Of a stretch of DNA of 40,962 bases, positions 27,456 through 36,037 are shown piece by piece. Under the pieces are notes generated by a model. The model had not been told where the DNA came from. It saw nothing but the letters and a program-made list of their open reading frames with translations, and did not search any database. A program made the translations under genes and the position numbers. Position 1 is the first letter of the stretch. Each line of letters opens with the position of its first letter. Source of the stretch: an uncultured Macromonas sp. (GTDB taxonomy: Bacteria > Pseudomonadota > Gammaproteobacteria > Burkholderiales > Burkholderiaceae_C); the NCBI GenBank assembly GCA_964610405.1, contig CAZSZN010000001.1, positions 1 to 40,962 on the forward strand. Direction: 5' to 3'.

Positions 27456-28346
27456 ATGTGCTGGCTCTGTGATGCAAAACGTCTGTCTTCTTCGTCGCCC
27501 GCTGTCGAGCCGGGCGAGGCGCCCTCACGCTGGTCACCGCGCCGGGGCTTTCTGCTGGCCGCAGCTGCGGGCGGGGCCACCGCCTTGCTGCCAGGGCTGG
27601 CGGCAGGCCAGGTGGATGTGGGGGGCTCTTCGGGCCTGCGCAAGCTGGTGCCCGCACAGCAGCTTGAAAGCGCCGCCGGTCAGCAATACAGTCAAATGCT
27701 GGCCGAAGCACGCGCCAAGAACGCCCTTGCGCCTGACAACCACCCCCAACTGCAGCGCTTGCGCCGCATTGCGCAAAAGCTGATCCCGTTCGCGGCGCCG
27801 TGGAACGACCGGGCACGGCAGTGGCAGTGGGAAGTCAACCTGATCGGCAGCCGGCAAATCAATGCGTTTTGCATGCCGGGCGGCAAGATTGCGTTTTACA
27901 CCGGCATCCTGGACCAGCTCAAGCTGGACGACGACGAGGCCGCGATGATCATGGGCCACGAAATGGCCCACGCCCTGCGCGAGCACGCGCGCGAACGGCT
28001 GGCCAAAACCCAGGCCACCAGCATCGGCTTGTCGCTGGGGGCGCAGTTGCTGGGTCTGGGCGACCTAGGCAACGTGGCCGCCAACCTGGGCACCCAGTTG
28101 CTGAGCCTGAAGTACAGCCGCGACGACGAAACCGAAGCCGACCTGGTGGGGCTGGAACTGGGCGCGCGCGGCGCTTACCGGCCGCAGGCCAGTGTGAGCT
28201 TGTGGGAAAAGATGGTGGCGCAGAACGGCGCCGGTGGCCCCGGCTTTTTGTCCACCCACCCCAGCGGGCCCAACCGCATCCGCGAACTGCAGGCCAATCT
28301 GCCCAAGGTGCAGGGACTGTACGAGCAGGCCCGCCGCGGCGGCTGA
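27456..28346 (+). CDS. M48-family Zn metallopeptidase, exported
   Basis: HExxH (MGHEMAHALREH) and a downstream Glu ligand (ETEADLVGLEL). Twin-arginine-like leader SPRRGFLLAAAAGGATALLPGLAAG. The start is placed at ATG 27456, because the listed start 27411 would overlap the ampG start. Confidence 0.8.
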   Translation: MCWLCDAKRLSSSSPAVEPGEAPSRWSPRRGFLLAAAAGGATALLPGLAAGQVDVGGSSGLRKLVPAQQLESAAGQQYSQMLAEARAKNALAPDNHPQLQRLRRIAQKLIPFAAPWNDRARQWQWEVNLIGSRQINAFCMPGGKIAFYTGILDQLKLDDDEAAMIMGHEMAHALREHARERLAKTQATSIGLSLGAQLLGLGDLGNVAANLGTQLLSLKYSRDDETEADLVGLELGARGAYRPQASVSLWEKMVAQNGAGGPGFLSTHPSGPNRIRELQANLPKVQGLYEQARRGG

Positions 28347-28348
28347 GC

Positions 28349-28990
28349 TCAGACGCCGTCGCGCACGTACGGGTTGCTGCGCCGTTCACGGCCAAACGTG
28401 CTCTCGGGGCCGTGGCCGGGAATGAACACGGTGTCGTCACCCATGGGCCAAAGGCGCTCGCGGATGCTGCGAATCAACTGCTCGTGGTTGCCTTGCGGAA
28501 AGTCGGTGCGGCCGATGCTGCCGGCGAACAACACGTCACCCACGAACGCACGCTGGGCTTCGGGCGAATAGAACACCACATGGCCCGGCGTGTGGCCGGG
28601 GCAATGGCGCACCTGCAGGGTACTGCGGCCCACCTGCACCGCGTCGCCATCGGCCAGCCAGCGGTCGGGCGTGAAATGACCGGCCGGCGGAAAGCCGAAC
28701 ATCACGCTTTGCTGCGGCAAGCCGTCGATCCAGAACTGGTCGCCGGGGTGCGGCCCCACGATGGGCAACGCCAGTTGCTGCGCCAGCGTCGCGGTACCGC
28801 CGGCGTGGTCAATGTGGGCATGGGTCAACAGGATTTGCCGGAGGTTCAGCCCCAGGCGTTGCACCTCGGCCTGCACCAGCTCCAGATCGCCACCCGGGTC
28901 GATCACGGCCGCGTCCATGGTTGCGTCGCACCACACCAGCGAACAGTTCTGCTGAAACGGCGTGACGGGAATGGTGTGGTACTGGAGCAT
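28349..28990 (-). CDS. MBL-fold metallo-hydrolase (glyoxalase II-like)
   Basis: THAHIDHAGG (HxHxDH), later His ligands (CPGHTPGH, IPGHG), and a size typical of the YcbL/GloB-like group. Confidence 0.85.
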   Translation of the reverse strand: MLQYHTIPVTPFQQNCSLVWCDATMDAAVIDPGGDLELVQAEVQRLGLNLRQILLTHAHIDHAGGTATLAQQLALPIVGPHPGDQFWIDGLPQQSVMFGFPPAGHFTPDRWLADGDAVQVGRSTLQVRHCPGHTPGHVVFYSPEAQRAFVGDVLFAGSIGRTDFPQGNHEQLIRSIRERLWPMGDDTVFIPGHGPESTFGRERRSNPYVRDGV

Positions 28991-29068
28991 GGCAGAGGCG
29001 GTGGACAGGGCAACGCTGAATTGTAGAAGCCCGCGCCCAAACGCCCGCCGAACACCGACCTCGGCGCT

Positions 29069-30307
29069 TCACCCAAAACGAGCGGGGGCGTAGGGTTCGG
29101 GGTTGACCACGGGCGGGGTACCGTCGATCCAGTCGGCCAGCAACTGGCCACTGACGGGCCCCAAGGTGAAGCCTTGGTGCGCGTGGCCAAAGTTGAACCA
29201 CAGGCCCTGGTGCCGGGGCGCCGGGCCGATGACGGGCAGCATGTCTGCGGTGCAAGGGCGCGCGCCCAACCAGGGCTGGGGCTCCACCGGGGTGGGCAGG
29301 TCCAGCAGCTCGCTCGCCCGCGCATGGGCCTTGGCCACCTGCACCGGCGTGGGTGGGGCGTCCAGCCGGGCAAATTCGGCGCCAGTCGTCAGGCGCACGC
29401 CGCGCTGCATCGGGGCCAGCACATAGCCCACATCGGCGTCCAGCACCGGCCTGGACGGCACCGGTCCGCCCACGTAGTGCTGGTGGTAACCGCGCTTGAC
29501 GAACAAGGGGTAGCGGTAGCCCAAGGTCTGGATCAGCCCGTCGGACCACGGCCCCAGCGCGACCACCGCCTGACCGGCCTCCACCGGGCCGTCAGCCGTC
29601 TGAACCCGCCAGCCGGCCGGGGTGGCGTGCAAGGTTTGCGCATCGCCTTCAACCATGCACCCGCCCCGTTGCTGGAACAAGGCGGCGTAGCGCGCCACCA
29701 GCGCACCAGGGTCGCTGACCGACCAGGGATCTTGCCAATGCACCGCCCCGGCGAGCCGGCGCCGCAACACCGGCTCGGCCGCCGCCAGGGCGTCTGCGTC
29801 CCACACCTGGTGGTTCAGACCTTCGGCCTGGGCCAGCCGTTGCGCGCGCTCGGCGGCCTGGCGCCAGGTATCGGACTGGCGAAACACCTGCAGGTAGCCC
29901 TGGCGCTGCACCAAAGCCTGGGCCCCGGCCGCCTCAATGAAAGGCTGGTGCCCACGGGTGCTGTGCGCGATCAGTTGGGCATAGGCCTGGGCGATGACCG
30001 CGTGGCGGTGCGGCTGGGAGTTGAACCAATAGGCACTCAAAGGGCGCACCAATCCGGGCAGAGCGCCGAAGTGGTAGTTGACGTCGGCCCCCTGCCTGAA
30101 GGCAGCGCTCCACAGGTGGGCCAGATCCTGCGGAAAGGGGTAAGGCTCCACCGCCTCGCGCTGGATGATGCCCGCGTTGCCGTAGGAGGTTTCAGACCCG
30201 GGCGCGCGCCGGTCCACCAGCGTGACGGTGTGCCCGCGCTGCTGCAGGTGCAGGGCGGTGCAAGTGCCGATCATGCCGGCACCCAGAACGAGAACATCGT
30301 GTTTCAT
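29069..30307 (-). CDS. FAD-dependent oxidoreductase, D-amino-acid dehydrogenase (DadA)-like
   Basis: N-terminal dinucleotide fold VLVLGAGMIGTCTALHL...VTLVDRR, a DAO-family length of 412 aa, and the C-terminal GHAHQGFTLGP motif. Confidence 0.85.
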   Translation of the reverse strand: MKHDVLVLGAGMIGTCTALHLQQRGHTVTLVDRRAPGSETSYGNAGIIQREAVEPYPFPQDLAHLWSAAFRQGADVNYHFGALPGLVRPLSAYWFNSQPHRHAVIAQAYAQLIAHSTRGHQPFIEAAGAQALVQRQGYLQVFRQSDTWRQAAERAQRLAQAEGLNHQVWDADALAAAEPVLRRRLAGAVHWQDPWSVSDPGALVARYAALFQQRGGCMVEGDAQTLHATPAGWRVQTADGPVEAGQAVVALGPWSDGLIQTLGYRYPLFVKRGYHQHYVGGPVPSRPVLDADVGYVLAPMQRGVRLTTGAEFARLDAPPTPVQVAKAHARASELLDLPTPVEPQPWLGARPCTADMLPVIGPAPRHQGLWFNFGHAHQGFTLGPVSGQLLADWIDGTPPVVNPEPYAPARFG

Positions 30308-31293
30308 GTGGATGGTGTGAAGAACTCAAAGGATGATTCCGCGTTCGCGAGCGACGCTTGCAAGTGCGCCATGAAAGCTCGCGCCGCGTCGGGGATGTGG
30401 CGCCGCGCCATGGTCTGCACCTCGAAGTGGCGCTCGCTCATTTCGCGGTCACGCAAGGGAATGGCCACCACCCAACCAGCCCTCAGGTGGTGGCGCAAAG
30501 CGGTTGCGCCGCAAAAGGTGATGGTTTCGGTCTCGGCGGCAAAGTTGATCAAGGGGTACAAATGGTCGCTGGTGAACGCAACCCGGGGTTGCAAGCCCTG
30601 GCGACTGAAACTGATGTCCACCAACTGCCGCAGGGTGGAGGTGGGTGCGGGCAAGGCCAGTGGGTAAGCCACCGCCTGCGACAGCGACAACTGCCGCCGC
30701 CCGGCCAGCGGGTGGGTGGGCGCCATCACCGCCAACACCGGCGACGCATGGCGCAACACCACTTCCAGGCCGGGCTCCGACGCCAGACTCACGGTCACGC
30801 CCAGGTCGGCCTCGCCTTCCCGCACTTGGCGCGCCACCTCGGCCTGCGTGCCCATGGACAGCGAAAATTCGATGCCGGGCCGCTGCTGCTGAAAAGACGC
30901 GATCAGCGACGGCAGGAAACCGTAGGCAAACCCCTCGGTGGCGGCAATCCGCACCCGCCCCGACCGCAGGCCGCGCAACCCCTGAATGTCCTCGGTCACC
31001 CGCTCGATGTCGAGCCAAGCACGCCGTGCATGTGCGGCCAGCAACTCACCGGCGGAGTTCAGCACCATCCCGCGCGAGCGTCGCTCGAACAACAACGTGT
31101 CCAGCGAACGTTCCAGCCGGGCGATCTGCCGGCTCACCGCCGAAGGCGCCACCGACAACTTTGCCGCCGCTTCGGTCACCGATCCCGTCTTCACCACCGC
31201 CATGAAATGCTGCAACGCCACCTCCTGCAACACGCCGGGGTCGGCGGGGCGGCGAGACGCGGAACGGGCGGTCGAATCAGGAGTGTGGGGCAT
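30304..31293 (-). CDS. LysR-family transcriptional regulator
   Basis: HTH region LQHFMAVVKTGSVTEAAAKLSVAPSAVSRQIARLE plus a LysR substrate-binding domain. ATG at 31293 (the listed start 31314 is TTG). Its stop overlaps the start of the DadA-like gene (ATGA at 30304-30307). Confidence 0.9.
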   Translation of the reverse strand: MPHTPDSTARSASRRPADPGVLQEVALQHFMAVVKTGSVTEAAAKLSVAPSAVSRQIARLERSLDTLLFERRSRGMVLNSAGELLAAHARRAWLDIERVTEDIQGLRGLRSGRVRIAATEGFAYGFLPSLIASFQQQRPGIEFSLSMGTQAEVARQVREGEADLGVTVSLASEPGLEVVLRHASPVLAVMAPTHPLAGRRQLSLSQAVAYPLALPAPTSTLRQLVDISFSRQGLQPRVAFTSDHLYPLINFAAETETITFCGATALRHHLRAGWVVAIPLRDREMSERHFEVQTMARRHIPDAARAFMAHLQASLANAESSFEFFTPST

Positions 31294-31358
31294 GGACGAA
31301 GCCGAACGGGCCAAACAAGGTTTCCAATATACGCAACGAAAGATTCTAAAGATTGACG

Positions 31359-31387
31359 TTGCAGCAATCCAGTCCAGTTCCTACGAT
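31359..31387 (+). promoter_or_regulatory. Candidate promoter TTGCAG, 17 nt, TACGAT for the Bug-amidase-dsdA operon
   Basis: It lies in the AT-richer LysR-divergent intergenic region. Immediately upstream is a direct repeat AAAGATT-N2-AAAGATT (31339-31354), which could be regulator half-sites. Confidence 0.35.
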
Positions 31388-31423
31388 GAACACACCTTCT
31401 TCCACTTCCTCGCAGAGCCCCGC

Positions 31424-32428
31424 ATGAACCACACCTGTCCCCTCAAACGCACCACCCTGTCCACCCTGGCGGTGGCCACGCTCTCGGTCCTGTCCACCTG
31501 GACCGGCACCGGCGCCCTGGCGCAAGAGGCGTTCCCCAGCCGGGCCATCACCATCGTCGTGCCGTTCCCGCCCGGCGGCAGCACCGACGTGGTGGGTCGG
31601 CTGTTGGCCAAAGGCCTGTCCGAGCAACTGGGGCAGCCAGTGATCGTGGACAACCGCCCCGGGGCAGGCACGGCGGTGGGTGCGGGCCATGTCGCCAAAG
31701 CCAAACCCGACGGCTACACGCTGTTGTTGAGCTCGGGTTCCACCTTCACCGCCAACCCCGCCCTGCGCAGCAACCTGCCCTACGACTCGATCAAAAGCTT
31801 CGATCCGGTGGGCGTCGTTGGTCGCATTCCGCTGATTCTGCTGGCCAACAACAACGCCCCCGCCAACAACGTGCGGGAATTTGTGGCGGCGGTCAAGCGC
31901 ACACCGGACCAGTTGGCCTACGCATCCTACGGCAGCGGCACCACCGCCCACTTCACCGGCGAAATGGTGATGCACAGCATCGGCGGCAAGATCATGCACG
32001 TGCCCTACCGCGGCAGCGCCCCCGCCATGACCGACCTGATCGGCGGTCAAGTGCCGTTCTCGGTGGACACTGTGACCGCCGCCCTGCCGCAACTCAAGGC
32101 GGGCAAGGTCAAGGCCATCGCCGTCACCACGGCCAAGCGCTCCTCGCTGCTGCCCAACGTGCCCACTTTCGCCGAGGCGGGTTACAAAGACATCAACGCC
32201 GACACCTGGTTCATGCTGGTGCTGCCCAAGGGCACACCCGAAACGGCCCGAACCACCCTGGAGAACGCAGTGGCCAAGGTCGTCAGCACCCCTGCCATCA
32301 AGCAATCGCTGCAGGAACAAGGCATGGAAGTGGCTTTTGAGGACCGCAAGGCCGCCTCGGCCCTGATTGAAAAAGAACTGCCGCTGATGCGCGCCACGGC
32401 CGCTCGCGCCAACATCAAAGCCGACTGA
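31424..32428 (+). CDS. Bug-family (TctC-like) periplasmic solute-binding protein
   Basis: ATG at 31424. Signal peptide (LSTLAVATLSVLSTWTGTGALAQ) and Bug motifs FPPGGSTD, VDNRPGAGT and PYRGSAPAMTDLIGGQV. Confidence 0.85.
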   Translation: MNHTCPLKRTTLSTLAVATLSVLSTWTGTGALAQEAFPSRAITIVVPFPPGGSTDVVGRLLAKGLSEQLGQPVIVDNRPGAGTAVGAGHVAKAKPDGYTLLLSSGSTFTANPALRSNLPYDSIKSFDPVGVVGRIPLILLANNNAPANNVREFVAAVKRTPDQLAYASYGSGTTAHFTGEMVMHSIGGKIMHVPYRGSAPAMTDLIGGQVPFSVDTVTAALPQLKAGKVKAIAVTTAKRSSLLPNVPTFAEAGYKDINADTWFMLVLPKGTPETARTTLENAVAKVVSTPAIKQSLQEQGMEVAFEDRKAASALIEKELPLMRATAARANIKAD

Positions 32429-32437
32429 AGCCACACC

Positions 32438-33973
32438 ATGTCCTTGACTGATACTGCCATCGTGGAACTGTCGGCGGTCGAGTTGCGGCGCCTGATCGGC
32501 GCCCGCCAGCTCTCGCCGGTCGAACTGCTGGACGCCTGCGTGGCGCGCATCGAGCGATTGAACCCCTTCGTCAACGCCGTCACGGCCACCTGCTTTGAGC
32601 GCGCCCGGACCGAGGCTCGCGCCGCCGAACAGGCGGTGATGCGGGCCGAGCCGCTGGGGCTGCTGCACGGCCTGCCCCTGGGCGTGAAAGACTTGGAGCC
32701 CACGCAGGGCCTGCTGTCCACCATGGGCACGCCCAGCCTGCGCAACCACGTGCCCGCGCACGACATCGAGCTGGTGGCCCGCTTGCGGCGCGCGGGCGCC
32801 ATCGTGACCGGCAAGACCAACGTGCCCGAAATGGGCGCCGGCGCCAACAGCCGCAACCCGGTCTGGGGCGCCACGGGCAACCCGTTCAACCCCAACCTGA
32901 ACGCGGGCGGGTCGTCCGGCGGGTCGGCCTGCGCGCTGGCGCTGGACCTGCTGCCGGTGTGCACCGGGTCGGACACCGGCGGCTCACTGCGCATCCCGGC
33001 CGCCAAATGCGGCGTGGTGGGTTTCAGACCCTCGCCCGGCGTGGTGCCCAGCGTGCGCAAAAGCCTGGGCTGGTCGCCCATTTCGGTGGTCGGCCCCATG
33101 GGGCGCACCGTGGCCGACGCCTGCTTGCAACTGGCCGCCACGGCCGGCCCCCACGCGGGCGACCCATTGAGCTACCCGCTGGATGCAAAGGCCTTTTTGA
33201 ACCCGCCACCGATCGACCTGTCGCGGCTGCGCGTGGCCTGGACCGAGGACTTTGGCGCCTGCGACGTGGACCCGGCCATACGGCAGACCATGCGCGAGAA
33301 AATGCGTGCCATGCGCCCCCTGTTCGCGGCCTGTGACGAGGTGGACTTCGACTTCAGCAACGCGCACCGCTGCTTTGACGTGCTGCGGGCCGAAGCCTTC
33401 GTGGCCGGCATGCGGGCCACTTACGAACGCGACCCGTCCAGCCTGGGCCCCAACCCGCGCGCCAACTACGAAATGGGCGCCCAGATGAGCCTGCTCGAAA
33501 CCGCCTGGGCCCAAGCCGAGCAAACCCGACTGACGGCCCGCTTCCAGCGCGTGTTCGCCGATTACGACCTGGTGCTATCTCCGACCACTCCGGTCTCGCC
33601 GTTTCCCTGGACGCAGTCGCACGCCGATGTGATTGACGGCCAAACGCAAGACAACTACTACCGCTGGCTGGCTTTGACCTACCTCATCACGCTGACCACC
33701 CACCCGGCCATCAGCCTGCCCTGCGGGCGCGACACGGCTGGCATGCCTTTTGGCTTGCAGGTGGTGGGCCGTTTCCGGGGCGACCTGGCCCTGCTGGCCG
33801 CAGCCCAGTCCATGGAGCAGGCGTTTGCCAGCAACCCGGTGTTGCAGCGCCCCCGCCCGGACCTGAGCGCGCTGCGCGCGCCCTCGGTGCCCCTCACCTC
33901 CATCGTGACCGCCCCGCCAGACGATCGGCACGCCCACACCCCCAACGACCACGCTGCGGTCTCGGTGGTCTGA
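32438..33973 (+). CDS. Amidase-signature (AS) family amidase
   Basis: The GGSSGGSA signature, upstream catalytic Lys context (PLGVKD), and [13 protein letters not shown] containing the Ser-cisSer-Lys triad residues. Confidence 0.9.
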   Translation: MSLTDTAIVELSAVELRRLIGARQLSPVELLDACVARIERLNPFVNAVTATCFERARTEARAAEQAVMRAEPLGLLHGLPLGVKDLEPTQGLLSTMGTPSLRNHVPAHDIELVARLRRAGAIVTGKTNVPEMGAGANSRNPVWGATGNPFNPNLNAGGSSGGSACALALDLLPVCTGSDTGGSLRIPAAKCGVVGFRPSPGVVPSVRKSLGWSPISVVGPMGRTVADACLQLAATAGPHAGDPLSYPLDAKAFLNPPPIDLSRLRVAWTEDFGACDVDPAIRQTMREKMRAMRPLFAACDEVDFDFSNAHRCFDVLRAEAFVAGMRATYERDPSSLGPNPRANYEMGAQMSLLETAWAQAEQTRLTARFQRVFADYDLVLSPTTPVSPFPWTQSHADVIDGQTQDNYYRWLALTYLITLTTHPAISLPCGRDTAGMPFGLQVVGRFRGDLALLAAAQSMEQAFASNPVLQRPRPDLSALRAPSVPLTSIVTAPPDDRHAHTPNDHAAVSVV

Positions 33974-33990
33974 ACAGAGATCCTTCGCCC

Positions 33991-35343
33991 ATGCCTCACG
34001 CACACACCGAGTTCAATACCGCCGACCTGTTGGCCGGTCGCCCCGTTTTCTGGGGCCAGGGCCTGACACCGTTGACCCCAGTTGACGACCCGTCGGCCGA
34101 ACTCATCACCCCAGCAGCCGTTGCCGAAGTGGCGCAGCGCTTCGCACGCTTTGCGCCCTTGATGGCCCTGCTGTTCGACAGCGTGGCCGCCCACAGTGGC
34201 GTGATCGAATCGCCCCTGCTGCCGGTGCCGCAATTGCAGCGCGCGTTGGGCCTGTCATCCGACCATGGCGCCCTGTACGTCAAGGCCGACCACCAACTGC
34301 CGATCGCCGGCTCCGTGAAAGCCCGGGGCGGCACGCACGAAGTGATCGAGTTTGCCGAACGGCTCGCGCTGCAGCACGGCCTCATCACCCCCGAAGGCGA
34401 CTACCGCGCACTCGCATCGCCCCAGGCGCGCGCGCTGTTTGGCCAGTACACCGTGGCGGTGGGCTCCACCGGCAACCTGGGGCTGGCGATCGGCACCATG
34501 GCAGCCGCGCTGGGTTTTCGCGCGGAGGTTCACATGTCCGCCGACGCCAAGGACTGGAAAAAGCGCCGCCTGCGCGGGCTGGGCGTCCACGTGGTGGAGC
34601 ACCCGGGCGACTACGCCAGCGCCGTGGCCGCCGGCCGTCGCAACGCGGCTGACCACCCACAATGCCATTTCGTGGACGACGAACACTCCACCTCGCTGTT
34701 CCTGGGCTATGCCAACGCAGCGTCGCACCTAGCGCAACAGTTGCACGCCAGCGGCCGCGTGGTCGATGCCGAACACCCGCTGTTCGTCTACCTGCCCTGC
34801 GGGGTGGGCGGCGCACCCGGCGGCATCGCTTATGGGCTGCACCTGACCTACGGTCGGCATGTGCACTGCATCTTCGCGGAACCCACGGCATCGCCCTGTT
34901 TTTTGATGCAACTGCTGGCCGACTCAGACGCTCTGCCAACGGCAAGCCACAACCCGTCGGTGTACGACATAGGCCTGGACAACCGCACCGAAGCCGATGG
35001 TCTGGCTGTCCCTCAAGCCTCGCTGCTGGCGGCGGCGGTGGCCGGCCCCGAGGTGGCGGGCGCGTACACGGTGGCGGATGACACGTTGTTCCAGCACCTC
35101 TACCTCGCCCAGACCACAGAGGGGCTGCGCATCGAGCCTTCTGCTGCGGCGGGCTTCTCCGGCCCCCGCATGCTGCTGGACACGAACCAAGGGCGGCACT
35201 ACCTGGCGAGCCAGGGCATCGGGCCCGAAGCGCTGCACCAGGCCACCCACATCGCCTGGTTGACCGGCGGCATGCTGGTCCCGGAGGCAGAGTACCAAGC
35301 GTTTGTCGAGCGAGGGAAATCGATGGAGAAACGCGGGGTTTGA
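33991..35343 (+). CDS. dsdA: D-serine ammonia-lyase (PLP-dependent D-serine dehydratase)
   Basis: Collinear with E. coli DsdA as recalled: [12 protein letters not shown] (PLP Lys), [47 protein letters not shown]. Confidence 0.92.
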   Translation: MPHAHTEFNTADLLAGRPVFWGQGLTPLTPVDDPSAELITPAAVAEVAQRFARFAPLMALLFDSVAAHSGVIESPLLPVPQLQRALGLSSDHGALYVKADHQLPIAGSVKARGGTHEVIEFAERLALQHGLITPEGDYRALASPQARALFGQYTVAVGSTGNLGLAIGTMAAALGFRAEVHMSADAKDWKKRRLRGLGVHVVEHPGDYASAVAAGRRNAADHPQCHFVDDEHSTSLFLGYANAASHLAQQLHASGRVVDAEHPLFVYLPCGVGGAPGGIAYGLHLTYGRHVHCIFAEPTASPCFLMQLLADSDALPTASHNPSVYDIGLDNRTEADGLAVPQASLLAAAVAGPEVAGAYTVADDTLFQHLYLAQTTEGLRIEPSAAAGFSGPRMLLDTNQGRHYLASQGIGPEALHQATHIAWLTGGMLVPEAEYQAFVERGKSMEKRGV

Positions 35344-35648
35344 ATACATTGCGGCTGAGCACCGAGCATTGGCACAAGTTTCTGGACATTGCTTCGGTGG
35401 AAGCGTTTTTGGACGAGCTCGCCGAGCGGTCGGACGACAAAGGCGGCCCGCTGGTGGCGAAGCTGCCGCGCGCACCCGGGGCGCGTGAACAGCGCTGGGC
35501 GCACTTGATGTGTGGCGATGTGGCGATGGATGCGCCGTCTGTCATAGCCGTGACTGATACAGCCTCTACGCCCCATATGACCGAGCTGCTGGCACGGATC
35601 AACCTGCTGGAACAGCGCATTCAAGCGCTGGAAGATGCGCTGAAGTAA
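35340..35648 (+). pseudogene. C-terminal half of a DUF480 (YceH-like) protein; 5'-truncated remnant, possibly still translated from TTG
   Basis: [50 protein letters not shown] plus a terminal coiled coil ([14 protein letters not shown]). This matches only the C-terminal ~100 aa of ~215-aa YceH-family proteins as I recall them. In the same frame upstream, the sequence is the dsdA 3' end, not DUF480. The TTG start overlaps the dsdA stop (TTGA). Confidence 0.55.
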
Positions 35649-35728
35649 CCTCCACTGCGATCTTCGAGGGCATACAAACCCAGGCCAGACGCCTGCAAGA
35701 ACAGCCCTTGAATGCTGCAAGCCAAACC

Positions 35729-35757
35729 TTGCAAAAATAGCTATTCTGGCTTAAATT
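35729..35757 (+). promoter_or_regulatory. hipBA promoter TTGCAA, 17 nt, TAAATT
   Basis: The -35 box is at 35729-35734 and the -10 box at 35752-35757. The hipB ATG (35765) lies 7-8 nt after the -10 box. TGCAAG/CTTGCA hexamers lie at 35694, 35716, 35728 (inverted) and 35757. Confidence 0.5.
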
Positions 35758-35764
35758 GCAAGTC

Positions 35765-36037
35765 ATGACTGACAACATTAGACTGCCAGATGAATTGGGA
35801 CTACGACTGCGCCAACGTCGCGAAGCACTCGGCATGAGCAAATCCACCCTGGCCGACAAAGCAGGCAAAGTCCGTGAAGTCGTTTACCGGCTCGAAACGG
35901 GTGAAGACGCCACGGTATCGTCGTTGCTGGCCGTCATGGGCGCTTTGGGGCTGGTGTTGCGCATCGAACAGGCTGGCCTGCCATCCGCAGGTGAGGTGGC
36001 CACCAGATTCCTGGACGAAGACGGCGATGCTTCCTGA
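35765..36037 (+). CDS. hipB: HipB-like XRE-family HTH antitoxin
   Basis: HTH region LGLRLRQRREALGMSKSTLADKAGKVREVVYRLETGED. It overlaps the downstream hipA by 11 nt. ATG at 35765 is preferred over the listed TTG at 35756, which lies inside the -10 box. Confidence 0.8.
   Translation: MTDNIRLPDELGLRLRQRREALGMSKSTLADKAGKVREVVYRLETGEDATVSSLLAVMGALGLVLRIEQAGLPSAGEVATRFLDEDGDAS

Noticed and set aside
28344-28351. The convergent stop codons of the M48 protease and MBL hydrolase are embedded in the 8-bp palindrome TGAGCTCA, with only 2 nt between the genes.
   Set aside because: Two facing TGA codons separated by GC produce this palindrome trivially. There is no hairpin or terminator potential.
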